Shown one piece after another: positions 24,115 through 37,600 of a stretch of DNA of 64,000 nt; the stretch's first letter is position 1; the number at the start of each line of letters is the position of its first letter. Origin of the DNA: Owenia fusiformis (Eukaryota); assembly GCA_903813345.2 (NCBI GenBank), contig CAIIXF020000001.1, positions 41,478,001-41,542,000 of the forward strand, given 5' to 3'. The position numbers and the translations under genes are program-made. The notes under the pieces are model-generated. The model did no database searches and was not told the DNA's origin. It saw only the letters and a list, made by a program, of their open reading frames with translations.

Positions 24115-26122
24115 TATTATGTCACCACCAAAAGTGGTGACATATTGTTATGGTCTCCGTTTTTTTGCGACGGCGGTTGGCGTCCGGCGGTTGGCGTCCG
24201 GCGGTTGGCGTCCGGCGTCTGGCGGTTGGCGTCCGGCGTCTGTAACAATTTCTTACAACTTCCTATAACTTAACAAATACTGTTTAGACTGACTTCAATT
24301 TTTTTCTAAATCATCTACATGTTCTCAGAAGTTCAAATCTGACTTTAGATTTGACATTTGACCTTCAATGACCTTCTCAAGGTCAAAAAGGTCTTTTTTC
24401 AACTTGCTTCACATTGACTAAATTTTTTTTCAAAATCATCTACATGTTCTCAGAAATTCAAATCTGACTTTAGATTTGACATTTGACCTTCAAATCTGAC
24501 ATTAGATTTGACATTTGACCTTCAATGACCTTCTCAAGGTCAAAAAAGGTCAAAAAGGTCTGTTTTCAACTTGCTTCAAATTGACTAAATTTTTTTTTCA
24601 AAATCATCTACGTGTTCTCAGAAATTCAAATCTGACTTAAGATTTGACTTAAGATTTGACATTTGACCTTCAATGACCTTCTCAAGGTCAAAAAAGGTCA
24701 AAAAGGTCTGTTTTCAACTTACTTCAAATTGACAAAAAAAAATTTCAAAATCATCTACATGTTCTCAGAAATTCAAATCTGACTTTAGATTTGACTTAAG
24801 ATTTGACATTTGACCTTCAATGACCTTCTCAAAGTCAAAAAAGGTCAAAAAGGTCTTTTTTCAACTTGCTTCAAATTGACTAAATTTTTTTTAAAATCAT
24901 CTACATGTTCTCTGAAATTCAAATCTGACTTTAGATTTGACATTTGACCTTCAATGACCTTCTCAAGGTCTAAAAAGGTCAAAAAGGTCTTTTTTCAACT
25001 TGCTTCAAATTGACTAAATTTTTTTTAAAATCATCTACATGTTCTCTGAAATTCAAATCTGACTTTAGATTTGACATTTGACCTTCAATGACCTTCTCAA
25101 GGTCTAAAAAGGTCAAAAAGGTCTGTTTTCAACTTGCTTCAAATTGACTAAATTTTTTTTTCAAAATCATCTACGTGTTCTCAGAAATTCAAATCTGACT
25201 TAAGATTTGACTTAAGATTTGACATTTGACCTTCAATGACCTTCTCAAGGTCAAAAAAGGTCAAAAAGGTCTGTTTTCAACTTGCTTCAAATTGGCTAAA
25301 AAAAATTTTCAAAATCATCTACATGTTCTCAGAAATTCAAATCTGACTTTAGATTTGACTTAAGATTTGACATTTGACCTTCAATGACCTTCTCAAAGTC
25401 AAAAAAGGTCAAAAAGGTATTTTTTCATCTTGCTTCAAATTGACTAAATTTTTTTTTCAAAATCATCTACATGTTCTCAGAAATTCAAATCTGACTTTAG
25501 ATTTGACATTTGACCTTCAATGACCTTCTCAATGTCAGAAAAGGTCAAAAAGGTATTTTTTCATCTTGCTTCAAATTGACTAAATTTTTTTTCAAAATCA
25601 TCTACATGTTCTCAGAAATTCAAATATGACTTTAGATTTGACATTTGACCTTCAATGACCTTCTCAAGGTCAAAAAAGGTCAAAAAGGTCTTTTTTCAAC
25701 TTGCTTCAAATTGACTAATTTTTTTTTTCAAAATCATCTCCATGTTCTCAGAAATTCAAATCTGACTTTAGATTTGACATTTGACCTTTAATGACCTTCT
25801 CAAGGTCAAAAAGGTCTTTTTTCAACTTGCTTCAAATTGACTAATTTTTTTTTCAAAATCATCTACATGTTCTCAGAAATTCAAATCTGACTTTAGATTT
25901 GACATTTGACCTTTAATGACCTTCTCAAGGTCAAAAAGGTCTGTTTTCAACTTGCTTCAAATTGACTAAAAAAAATTTTCAAATCATCTACATCTTTTCA
26001 GAAGTTCAAATTTGACTTTACAAGTTCTCAGAAATTCAAATCTGACTTAAGTTTAAGTATATATAATAATATAATATTGTGAGCAACTAGGTGGTGACAT
26101 TTTGTCATGTTAATGCCTTGTT
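24115..26122 (+). mobile_element. Helentron/HINE (pearl/DINE-like) element with ~13 tandem copies of a ~125-145-bp unit
   Basis: 5' atgtcaccaccaaaagtggtgacat hairpin, (ggcggttggcgtcc)n tract, repeat unit aaatcatctacatgttctcagaaattcaaatctgactttagatttgacatttgaccttcaatgacc..., 3' subTIR ggtggtgacat and a cttgtt end. Inserted at TT within a 364-bp unit. A 5' fragment is at ~18250-18320. Confidence 0.85.
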
Positions 26123-27394
26123 GAGTTTTATGCTTACTGGTTGTTGCAATTGTAATAAAATCTGTTTTTGTAGATGTCTTCTTCCATTTAAGGTATAAAA
26201 AATGTATAGTGGACCACCAATAGTCATATTAGAGCTTTCAGATCTCCCCTACCCCATTTATCATGAAACATATAAGAAAATTATGAAAATATAAAATAAC
26301 TTGAAACTATAAACTTTAATAAAGTTGTAGCTATTCTATATCCATATTATGTGTTATTTAATGTTTTTAAGATATTTCAGAACCTTTTTTGGTAAACTAG
26401 TGCCTAGAAATGAGACATTTAAAGACAAAACATGGCTTTTTTGACCATTTTCGCTTTCAGCAATACCATATAGGTCCTTATATCTTGAGTTTAATGCTGA
26501 CTGGTTGGTGCATTCTTAGTCAAATTTGTTCTTGTACATGTCTTCTTCCATTTAGGATATAGAAAATGTATATTGGACAACCAATGTTGATATTATAGCT
26601 TTCATGTCTCCCCTGCCCCATTTATGTAAATGAAAAAGTAATTTCAAATCATCAACTTTAACAAAATTGTAGCTATTCTCTATCAATACTATGTATTATT
26701 TAATGTAACCTTCATTTGATTACATGTGTCTAAAATTTGGCATTTTTAGCATTCTGCATTTAGCAGTAGCATATAATTTTCCACAATTATAATTCTTTGA
26801 TGATAGATTCATATATGTTTTTTATTGAATCTGTCTTCTCTGATTTAACTTAAAGAAAATGTATGTAAGACAACGAATGTTTTTATTAGAGGTCTAAGAT
26901 CTGCCCTCCACCATTAAATGAGAAAACCAACACAAATGTTATTATTGCATGATAATATTCTTAAACTTTTCAAAAGTTTAGCATATTTATTAGCACACTA
27001 AAATCAAAAAATGACACATAAATGGGCAAAATGACCAATGTTTCACTTTCAGCAATAGTTGTTTATATTTTTAGTTGAATGGTGATTAGTTGACATATTT
27101 TAGATCATATATATTCAACAATGTGTCTTGTTATCTTCAAAGTATGGAAAATGTGTTTTAAACACAAATATACATATTAGAGATAAAATTACTACACTAC
27201 TATATTTTTAAAAGATTACTCAAAAATAGCATAGTGCGAAATAATTTTGTAATTTCGCAGTTTACTCTCATATGAATCAAAGGATGTGTCTTTATATAGA
27301 CATGATTGTTCACAACTCTCGAACTTAATCCAGCAACAGCCTGATTTTTCAAATCTCCCTGGTTCTGTTAGAGCTGCATTTAAGTCATTTTAAA

Positions 27395-28417
27395 GGTAAC
27401 TGGTCAACTGGTACCCAATTAGACAAGTCGTACCCAAGCATATATTTTGTTTTGAATCAAGTGTTGGACTGGGAATGTGTAAAGATATACATATTATAAC
27501 TGTAACATACTGTTCAGAAGTTTGAAGAATTTTCAGAAGAAATTGATATAATTTTGTAACATTTTGAGCTTTGAGTGTCAATTTATTTTGACTATTATTT
27601 TATATTGGATGTTCGAGTGAAGAGATATATGTTTATTCCACACATTCATAATCATTTTTTTAAATATTGTATGTTTATGAGTGTTTGGAACAAGTGTCAG
27701 ATTTAATTCATCTTGGAAGATGGTATTATTATAAATGTATTGATTCATCAAATCTTGGGCCTAATTTCTTATTAAACAGATAATCTATTTGTCTAGGATT
27801 TCATATTATCAGAAGTCATATTCATGAAATTTAGCAATAAAATATTTTGAATAATATAATAATAGTATACAAGTAATAATATAGTATAATATTAATATCA
27901 AATATTATTTTGGTACTTATTCATACATGATATATTATTACACTTAGTATGCATGTGCATAATCCAATTTAGTTCCAATTGGAAAAAAATTAACAGATTA
28001 AACTTCCTTTAAACTTTCTCAAAATGCTCAAATTAATTGTTTGATTCATTTGTAGAAAAGTCACTGTTGTAATTATATTTATTTATATATATGTTTGGCA
28101 AAAAATGTTGTGAACAAGCACTTCAAGCACTTGTTTTATTAGTAAAAAGGTGATTCAAGTTAAATCAAAATGCTTTACTTAATCCATTGAGAAAAAATGT
28201 CTTCTAAATTCAAAAAAATATTGAGGCTTATTTGAGTCACATTATAACATGAAAACATAATTATACAAACTCAATTTGTTTTCCTAATATGCACCCATAA
28301 TACTGGAAATAACTTGGGTACGAGTTGTCTTGGGTACCAGTTATCTTGGGTACGACTTGTCTTGGGTACCAGTTATCTTGGGTACGACTTGTCTTGGGTA
28401 CCAGTTGACTAGGAAGC
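27395..28417. mobile_element. MULE-like MITE with 16-bp subterminal repeats
   Basis: TIR core gtcaactggtaccca ... tgggtaccagttgac, and a (cttgggtac.agtt.t)n array at 28313-28410. The direct repeat cattttaaaggt at 27386 and 28417 contains the TSD. Confidence 0.75.
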
Positions 28418-28569
28418 ATTTTAAAGGTCTAAGTTGCTCATGACACCACAAGCTATTCAGATATGTAAGATCTCTAAATAATTTTTATAGTTCTGAGAAA
28501 CTCATCCTTAAATATTGTCCAACGATGTGCACTATGTTGTTTATTGCCACATGGACAAGTAGCAATACA

Positions 28570-29280
28570 CCCTTGACTAGAAACTTTGTATAGCAATTTT
28601 CCCTGCCTTTTGCCATTTTACATTTGCAAATTGCCAAGGACATATGTTTCTTGTGTTGCTACGAAGGTTTGTTTGTGAGTACTGGTACAAGACACCCATC
28701 TTTGATATATCTTCAAATAGGTATTGCACTTTGAGATTCATATAGTAATTTAGAATGCTACCTTGAAGGACATAAGAAACTTTAAGAGCTCTTTTTAACT
28801 CTCATCCTTCTTTGCAAGAAACATTCTGTATCATCAGACTGAATACAAATTCTCTCAACATTGAACTCCTTTGTCTTGTCTGCAGCACTGTAATAGACAT
28901 GGGCCATAAGGAGAGTGTCAACTTCTTCATGATCAGTATTTGATAGATAAGTTGCAACTATCAGTTTTGCAAAGTTCAATAGCAGCTCTGCCATAAGTGA
29001 AATTCATCCCATTTTAGAGATACAGTAACATTGCTTCACAAACCAAAGACAGCTTTACCATTTTGTAATCCTTTCCAAAATCATCTTGTTGGCTGTTCTT
29101 CATTTCACAATGTTTACATTTACCAAAATATCCCCAAGCCCAATATCTATCATGAACTTCCTAATTACACCACCCTAATATGGAAATCACCAAGCATTTG
29201 ACAACATTGCATTTGATATGAGGGAATTCAACCAATATGGCTTGATCACTGGTTATAATTATCACAGTACTATACCCCAT
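28570..29280 (-). pseudogene. Collapsed Academ transposase/XPG/Cys-finger remnant
   Basis: - strand fragments IITSDQAI, LGDFHI, IRKFMIDIGLGDILV, GKDY...LVCEAM; then HEEVDTLLMAH...IQSDDT; then DGCLVPVLTNKP...LAICKCK. Stops, frameshifts and large deletions are present. Confidence 0.7.
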
Positions 29281-31200
29281 TATTTTTAAATATATTCCAA
29301 GTATTGTACTATACATTGCATAGATTCATGAGCAGTTTGCAACATATCATAACCAGAAAAGCCCAATGGACAAAGATAGAGAATACCCGCCCCATTTGCA
29401 ACTCAACTTTAAATGTCTAATTTTTAGACTTGTATACTCATGAAGTTCCTGACACATCTGAAAAATATCAAATAATACATAGTATTGATCTAGAATAGCG
29501 ACAACTTTGTTAAAGTCTATACTTTGAAATTGTTTGGTTTTTATATTTCTGGTTATTTTTTCAAAATAAATGGGGTAGGGGAGATATGTAAGCTCTAATA
29601 TAATGACAGGCTTTCCAATATACATTTTTAAATACCTTAAATCAAAGTAGGCAGGCAAAAGAACAAATTTGATCAAGAATCCATCAACCAATCAGCATAA
29701 AACTCAAGATATAAGGAACTATATGTTATTGTTAACAGTGGAAATGATGAAAAATGCCAAATTTTGTTCTTAAATGTCTAATTTCTCTACACTAGAATAC
29801 TAATGAAGGTCCTGAAACATTAAAAATAGCAATCAATAACACATAAAGAATAGTTACATCTTTGTTAAAGTTTATACTGGTAGTTTGAAGTTATTTTTTA
29901 TATTTTCCAGTCATCTTCCCTAATAAATGGGGTAGGGGAGAACTGAAAGCTCTAATATGAACATTGTTTGTCTACTATACATTTTCAGTACCTTAAATGG
30001 AATAAAACATGTACAAGAACAGATTTAATCAAAAATGCATCAACCAGTCAGCATAAAACTCAAGATATGAGGATCTATATATTACTGCTGAAAGCAGCAT
30101 TGATTAAAAAATGCCAAGTTTTGTCCTTAAATGTCTCATTTCTAGCCACTTGAATACCAATAAAAGTTCTGAAAAATCTTAAAAATATTAAATAACACAT
30201 AATATTGATAATAGAATAGCTACAACTTTATGAAAGTCTATAATTTCAAGTTATTTTATTTTTTTATATTTCTCGTTTATTTTCCATAATTGATGGGGTA
30301 GGGGAGATCTGAAAGCTCTAATATGAACATTGTTTGTCTACTATACATTTTCTATACCTTAAATGGAAGAAGACATGCACAAGAACAGATTTGATTGCAA
30401 ATGCAACAATCAGACAGCATAAAACTGAAGATATGAGGAACTATATATTACTGCTGAAAGCGAAAATGATAAAAAATGCCAAGTTTTGTCCTTAAATGTC
30501 TCATTTCTAGCCACTTGTATACCGCTATAGGTTCTGAAATATCTTAAAAACATTAAATAACACACAATATTGACATAGAATAGCTACAACTTTGTTAAAG
30601 TTTATAATTTCAAGTTATTTTATTTTTTCATATTTTTCGGTAATTTTCCATAATAAATGGGGTAGGGGAGATCTGAACGCTCTCATATGAACAATGGTTG
30701 TCCACTATACATTTTCTACACCTTAAATGGAAGAACATATGTACAAGCACAGATTTAATCAAAAATGCAACAACCAGTCAGCATTAAACTCGAGATATAA
30801 GGAACTATATGTTAATGCTGAAAGCGAAAATGATTAAAAATGCAAAATTTTGTCCTTAAATGTCACATTTCTAGACACAAGTATACTAATGAAGGTCTTG
30901 AAACATCTGAGAAACCTTACATAACACAAAATATTGATATAGAATAGCTACAACTTTGTTTGAGTTGAACATTTTGACTTCTTGTAGTTTCCATTTTTAG
31001 CCAATTTTTTTCTAAAAAATTCAAGGTATGTCTTCTTCGGACCAGTATTTAGATATGTTCGCAAGAGTTATATGCTTCGCAGGCGAAATCCTTTATGCAG
31101 GACACCCTAATAGAATAAAAAATACACAGAAATTCCATCCAGCTCATAAAGTCATTTTTTCCTTAACGGAGCCTCTTAGAAAATTTTCCACCCCAAGTAA

Positions 31201-31626
31201 TTTATACCATGACATAACTCCTACAAATAAATTTTTTAGAGCTTCGAGACTGCAAATTCTCGGAAAATCCCTATGGCGATTTAACATGGGATTTTATCGT
31301 TTTCGCAATTTTTCGCGCGCTCACCAGCTTCGGATCACTGTAACTTTGTAAATACTTAACGAAAAGTCATGAACTTTTTTTTAAAATGTTTGTACAGACT
31401 TCAGGTTTAAATAAATTGATAAAACATGCATTTTTATCATCAGGGGTCCCTTGGAGACCCCTTAGAACAAAATCGATCATATATGATCGATTTTGTTTCT
31501 TGCTATTCTAAGGGGTCTCCAGGGGCCCTTTTTCAATAAAACTGCAAGAATAATGCATTTTCTAAAAGAATGGACCAGTAGGAACATCTAAAAAATTTAT
31601 TTGTAGGAGTTATGTCATAGTACAAA
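31201..31626. mobile_element. Inverted-repeat insertion in the right arm of the Academ-like element
   Basis: 40-bp IR (31201-31240 vs 31587-31626, 2 mismatches), absent from the homologous left arm. Has a central palindrome and no clean TSD. Confidence 0.65.
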
Positions 31627-32048
31627 TACCACTGAAATCAGCATAAGAAGATTTATAATTCTGTGTTTTCAGATTTTTAAATTGAAGTCTCAATAAAAAA
31701 TTAAATGCTAAAATAATTCCATTTTAAAAAAAATCCAACTGCGCCATCTTGAATTATGACATCACAATGACACTATCTCATTTGCATATTCATTTTTTTT
31801 CAAAAAACATGAAGTATGGGTATAGCCCTTCAAAATGGCATATAACTTATTGGGTGTTGCTTCTTTTTCTTGCTTCTAGATTCATTTACATTTCAGTTTT
31901 TCATTTCTTTCCATTTTAAATATTTCTAAATAATTTTCACATGAAATTGTTGTCAATCAGTCAACATTACATAAAATACTGTTTTTTTTACAGAATGTTT
32001 TTAATGATTGGTTGAAGAGAAAAGCATTGTTGAATTAGTTCTCCATAT

Positions 32049-32587
32049 CATGGGCTTTCAACTAGAAGGGTATGCAACTCTATGTAATAACATGAGACCT
32101 TCAAAATGAGCAATGACATGCTTCCCTTTTATGGCAATATTTCAAAAAGTATTAGATAAATGTATATGTTTTAGTATTAATTTGAATAAAAATCAATTTT
32201 TTAATATGATTTAAGCATAAAATATATTCAATATCATATAAAAGTAAACAAAAGAGACCAATAAGAATAAGAGTTATCAAGATGTTCTCTTGAGTATTGC
32301 ATTGTGGGTAATTATTCAAGAACACATTCCAATAAAAACATAATTTGTGGGAGAATGTTCACTTTCTGTATTGTCATAATTATGATGAATTCCAATTTTT
32401 ATTAAATTATCAAGATGTATGGAGAAGATCATGTTTTTATTTTTGAGTTATTTCTTTTAATCATCAATAAAAAGTACAAAATAAGATTTACTTGGAATGT
32501 GTACATTCTCCAATTTTGAAAACCCATGGCAATGTTTATGTATGAAATATGGGAAGTTGCCTATACCCTTCTAGTTGAAAGCCCATG
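32049..32587. mobile_element. P-element-superfamily-like MITE
   Basis: 25-bp perfect TIR catgggctttcaactagaagggtat with CAT...ATG ends. 7-bp TSD tccatat (32042-32048 and 32588-32594). Confidence 0.8.
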
Positions 32588-34605
32588 TCCATATCGATAC
32601 CAATCCTTTGGCCTGAAATTTAATAAATAAGGCCTAAAAAGCCCAGTTATGACCTATGTTGGTTTTCGGTACAATGCGCTTCAGTAGGAAGTTGTCCAAG
32701 TTAATGTAAATTATCAGGAACATCTAGTACTGAAAAAGTTAGCCTTGAAGGCCCTTTGAAGCAAATCACCTCTTTTTGTTTGAGAGATTGGTCGTGATTC
32801 AACCTTCATTCAGTATTATAGATGGCGGGAAAATCACTAAGTCGGAAGATAAACTGTGGAGTGAGCTCTTGCTAAACAACCAAAAGGTTCGAACTGGATT
32901 ACACACAAGGTTGAATTTACTCCGCTCTTGTAAGAAAATGTAAGTATAAACTCTTTAATTTACATTGATTGTAAACATTGACAATTGGAGTGCAGGTTCA
33001 AGGTTTGGATATGTTGAAATTTGCGATAAAATGTGAGCTGTGGAGAAATTGAGTCTTGTTTTAGAATTCGACCAAGCCCAACATTTAGCCAAGACAAAGT
33101 TATATAAGGGCTAGGCCAAACATTCAATATTGTGATTCATCATCATGTGAATCGAATCACAGATCCGGAGCCAGATCCAGCTCCTATTGGTAGCAGGCTC
33201 AAGGAATAAATGGGAAGATAAGACCCAAAATGGTACATCAAAAAAATGACCACCCAAAAATATGACCAGAATTAGTTTGAATGGTTGCATGATTCCATTA
33301 TTGTCGCTGTAAATGTAATTCAAATTTTCCCGGGACATTCATTTCATATTTCCACAGTGTAAAGATAATGGAGTGCTTCCGGCAATGGCTGATGTTGTTC
33401 GTTTCTCAAATTACGTCACATCACAACAAACAGCCAATGAAAGAAAAGATCTTGTAGCCTAACAAACCATTGTTATTGTTTCTACAGGATTTTAAAGATA
33501 CGTCATGGGGTTTCTCGGTAATCTCTGATATGACTGCATCCGGAGTGGCATCATGTTCTCAGAAAAGACATTTGATTGTGGGAATAAACATTTGAACAAC
33601 AGAAATAGCCGAAGCACTCTATTAAATATACGCTCGCTTATTTTATTTCGGAAGATTTTGTGTCCTTGAGTTGATTTATTGAGCCTAGACACCACTTAAG
33701 AGGTAATCCAGGAGAGGTCCGTGAATTAAATGGTGAGTACTGTACGACAGAGAGAGAGCGAGAGAGAGATATGTTACATATATGTTACATGTATACAGTG
33801 TAGGACAAGTGGCAAGTAATTTGTAAGTTGACACTAATCATCGTATAGACCCAGGGGTTCACTCCAAATAATTTGGGTGTAGGTATGTGCAGCACGGCCA
33901 ATTTTAGCTTTCAGCATAAAACATGGAAATTGGCCAATCTGAGAGGGAAAAAACATGGAAATTGTCTATGAAAGTACCCTTTTTTAAGTCAAAATCCAGT
34001 CTTTTTACAAAAAATTGTACTAAAATGGTTAAACCAGTTGAGGCAGAATCTGATCCATAGGGGGTTCCAGGTCTGAGGAAAAAAAATAGTTGGCCCAAAT
34101 TTTGAGGCCAATTTTCTTCAAAATGTGGCCTAAAATTAAAAAATAAGGTCTTAAAAAGCCCAGTAAAGACCAGACCAAAAAAGGCCTACTTTTGTGGGGA
34201 TGAAGGCCTCTGAGCCCCACCCAAGGGAGGCAGGGGCGGGCCCCCCAGATGCGCCATTGAGCACTGTAGATTATTGTGACTGTATAAATGTAACTGTATA
34301 AATGTAGTTTGTATAATTGTAGTCTGGCCATGCCCTGATGATGCACAAGACACAGATGCCGTACCTTAATAAATTCTTAATTCTTATTCTTTAAAGGATT
34401 TCATAGTACTAGGACAATCTCATGAAAGTAGTTACAAAAATGAAAATGTACATAAAAATTTCTCCAAAGAACATACTCAGGTTATCATGTGCCACGCCTA
34501 CTTTCTCTTATGAGAGAAAGTAAATATGACATTTCTGACTTCAACTTGAATGCTACCATATTTTGAAAATACTGAAAATGTATCTTATATCTTAGAATCT
34601 AAGAG

Positions 34606-37600
34606 ATGGCAGCAGTACAGATGCAACCAACACAGGGGCAACCAGGCCAGCATCCCCCTCCTCCACCCCAGGCACCCCAAGGTAGGTGAAAAACTCAAAA
34701 CCTAGAATGTTAGGCATGGTTATAAGACCTCTTTAGTTTGGCAGGTATTGATTTGGGTGACTTGTCATCAAATCATCAGGATCACAAAGTTGAGAGCATT
34801 GCTAAACATTTTAGTAGACTTGAAACACTCTTATCCAGCTGGGTTATTTTATTATCCTCGTGAACAAAGTTCAGTAGGGATATTGTAAAGCCCACTGTCA
34901 GTCAGTCAGTTAGCCTACATCCCAAGGGTTGTGTATCGAGGGGGCTGGGAAAGCACAAATTTTCTATAGTTTTGAGATCTCTCTGAAGTAGCAAATATTA
35001 TACTCAAATGAAAGGTAGTTTAGAGTAGATTGCAAATATTGTTTCATTTTTTATCAGTAAATTATCTTGAAATCCCACGTTAGGCGGCCATTTTGAATTT
35101 TCTGAGGCCCAAATCAAATACCCACCCTGTCTCTAATTATATGTAAACCGTGAGTAGAGTAGATGGTATGACATAAACAGATTCTTGAATATTTTTTTTG
35201 TTGTTGGGATTTGCTACTCTGTGGGGTTGCCAATTTCTAGTTTTGTTTGTCTTTTGTCCAGGCTTTATACACATACATTTGAGTTATAGATTTTGGCATC
35301 TCGATTACAAATTATCATAAATGTATTGATCTCACAGAAGTACTGATGCATATTGTTATATCCTCAAACAGACTTTGAGTAGAATCAGAACTATAGTCAG
35401 GTAAATAGAGTCATGTTGATTTTCTATTATCAGACTGATCTTTTGTTGTCAGAACACAGTGTTATTTCTTAGCATCCTAGCAAATCTACAATGTTTGACA
35501 TCAAATCCCTTATCATAATGCAAAATGTACAAATAACATGGTACATGATGAACAATATCATGATACCTAAACAAATAAACATAGCATTGGCCTCCTTGAA
35601 ATATACCCAGCATGCAAGAAACTAATCATTTCTACATGTCCAGATGAAATTTTTAACCAATCGGTAAAGCATTTTGTCTGAAAATGCACGAACAAGAAAA
35701 TTTGCCACCTCTACTCTGCCAGCCCATGGCCAAGCTGATGACAATAAATACCTAATTTAGGTACAAACATAAGAATAAGGGTTACAATCAATAGATAATA
35801 TAATACTGTAGAGTGTCTTGTAAAATAAGGAAGTACATGTAGTTACATCATGTCATGAAAGCCCATGTGGTTACATACTTAAACTCACAGATCTAAGATG
35901 CATTAATTTCATCTTGAGATTATGCAAGGTTTGTTACTTTTCAAATGAAATGTCATTATCAAGGATCAGCTTCATAGTTGTCAGGCTTCGCAGGGTTCAG
36001 GCAAATCCCCCCCCCACCCTGGCCAAAAATTATTTCAAAATCATGCAGTTTTTCACCATTTTCTCAAGTGATTTTAGCCATATTTTGGCCAAAATTGTCA
36101 AATGTGAACCCCCTTGGCAAATCCTGGCTACGGGCCTGGTTGTTGTAATAAGAAGAGTAGAAAATAGAACATGTAATGGACAAAATTATTTACTGTAAGT
36201 ACTTTGGAAAAACAAATCAGATGGTCTACAGTATACTTGTGTGATGAACTCACCGAATCAAATACATTTTTGGTTGGTAACAGCAATTTTGTTGGACCAA
36301 ATATTTACACAATATATTGATTCACCTAGTTGCTTATTTATATTTAAAATGTCTTAAAGGGTAACGCATATCGTTTAAAGCAAATAGAATGCTCGTTTTT
36401 GGTGTTCCTCACCGTTTAGTATAAAATTCAAGATCCAGGATAATACTCAAGGGTATACCAGGTATACCAGGTTTGAAATCGTGTTGTAAACACCTCTGCC
36501 TTTTTATGTAGCAATAGTATAGAATAGATCGTACATGTATAAAAGAGAAGTTTTTATTTTGATAATCAATTTCACATTTTATGGGTCAAGTTTAGGATCT
36601 TCTATTTGTGAGTATTAGGAAAAAATGACATCTAAATTTAACCATCACGTATTAGCACACAACGTGACTTATGAAATGTCCTACAAATGAAGCAAAGCAG
36701 TTTGAATGAATACAAGGATTTATATTGGCTGTTGTACATCCATACTTTGGATAATTCACTCTCTCAATGTTGACAGAATCATTCTAAACAGATTATTTTA
36801 TCTGCAAGACGATTTCGGTAAACTAAAATTTATAAAACTCCCCTTATTTTTTAAAAATGGACTGATCCAGATGACTCGCCTGGAGCCACCATATTGTTTT
36901 TATACGGAAAACTAGTTGTAACCCTTTAAATGTCAACATACACTTTTACATGTATGTTAGTTTTAGTGTTTACCAGAGCATTTTGATTTACTTTGGACTT
37001 GTTCATGTGTATTATAGACATTACGATTTAAATGTGCAGCAATAATAACATGTACGTCTTATATACATAAAAGTATTTCATGTATTAGTCATACCTGAGT
37101 GCCTGCATTGGTATTAGGTTTATCAACTTGATCCATCAAGGTATTACATACCTGGCTGAGTATGACTGAAGGGATACAGTGGTTTAACAGTATGATGGTT
37201 TATGATCAAATGGAAATACACGTACATGTTCAACTGTCATCATATTCATATTGTATATTACTTTGTCCTTTAGGGTATAGGATTCATTATATCGTGATTG
37301 TGTCAATATGTATTGTTTCTATGGGGAACTAATGTATGATATTACATTATTGTTCCAACAAGTCTGTTCACCAGATAACCAGGGATTCAATGCACCATGG
37401 TTCTAATTATGCATACCTAGTACCTCTAGCTGGCCAGCCTTTGGCTAAATTATGGCAAATATACTGCAATGTTATGTCATTTCATTCTCTAGGCTTAATG
37501 TAGATGAGACCAAACTCTTGCCAATGGTATTTACAGTATTTGAGTAGATATCATTCAAAACAGGATTCAGATATCTCCCCTACATACTTAGAGGTGTGTA

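Larger units (their letters stand above)
23027..31917 (-). mobile_element. Academ-like (AcademX) non-autonomous foldback element with long TIRs built from ~364-bp tandem units
   Basis: The left arm from 23056 is the reverse complement of the right arm ending at 31917. Tandem landmarks at 30211/30575/30939. The centre has degenerate transposase, XPG-like and Cys-rich coding remnants. The outer ~29 bp of the right end is missing. Confidence 0.75.
22015..32610. mobile_element. MITE family A copy 2 (inverted), expanded to 10.6 kb by nested insertions
   Basis: Segments 22015-22556, 22990-23026, 31918-32048 and 32595-32610 join into the reverse complement of 632-1361. Confidence 0.85.

Noticed and set aside
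34325..34392. CTGATGA followed by AATAAA and a short tandem tail, suggesting a hammerhead ribozyme
   Set aside because: There is no GAAA core or proper stems; at most a decayed retroelement 3' end.
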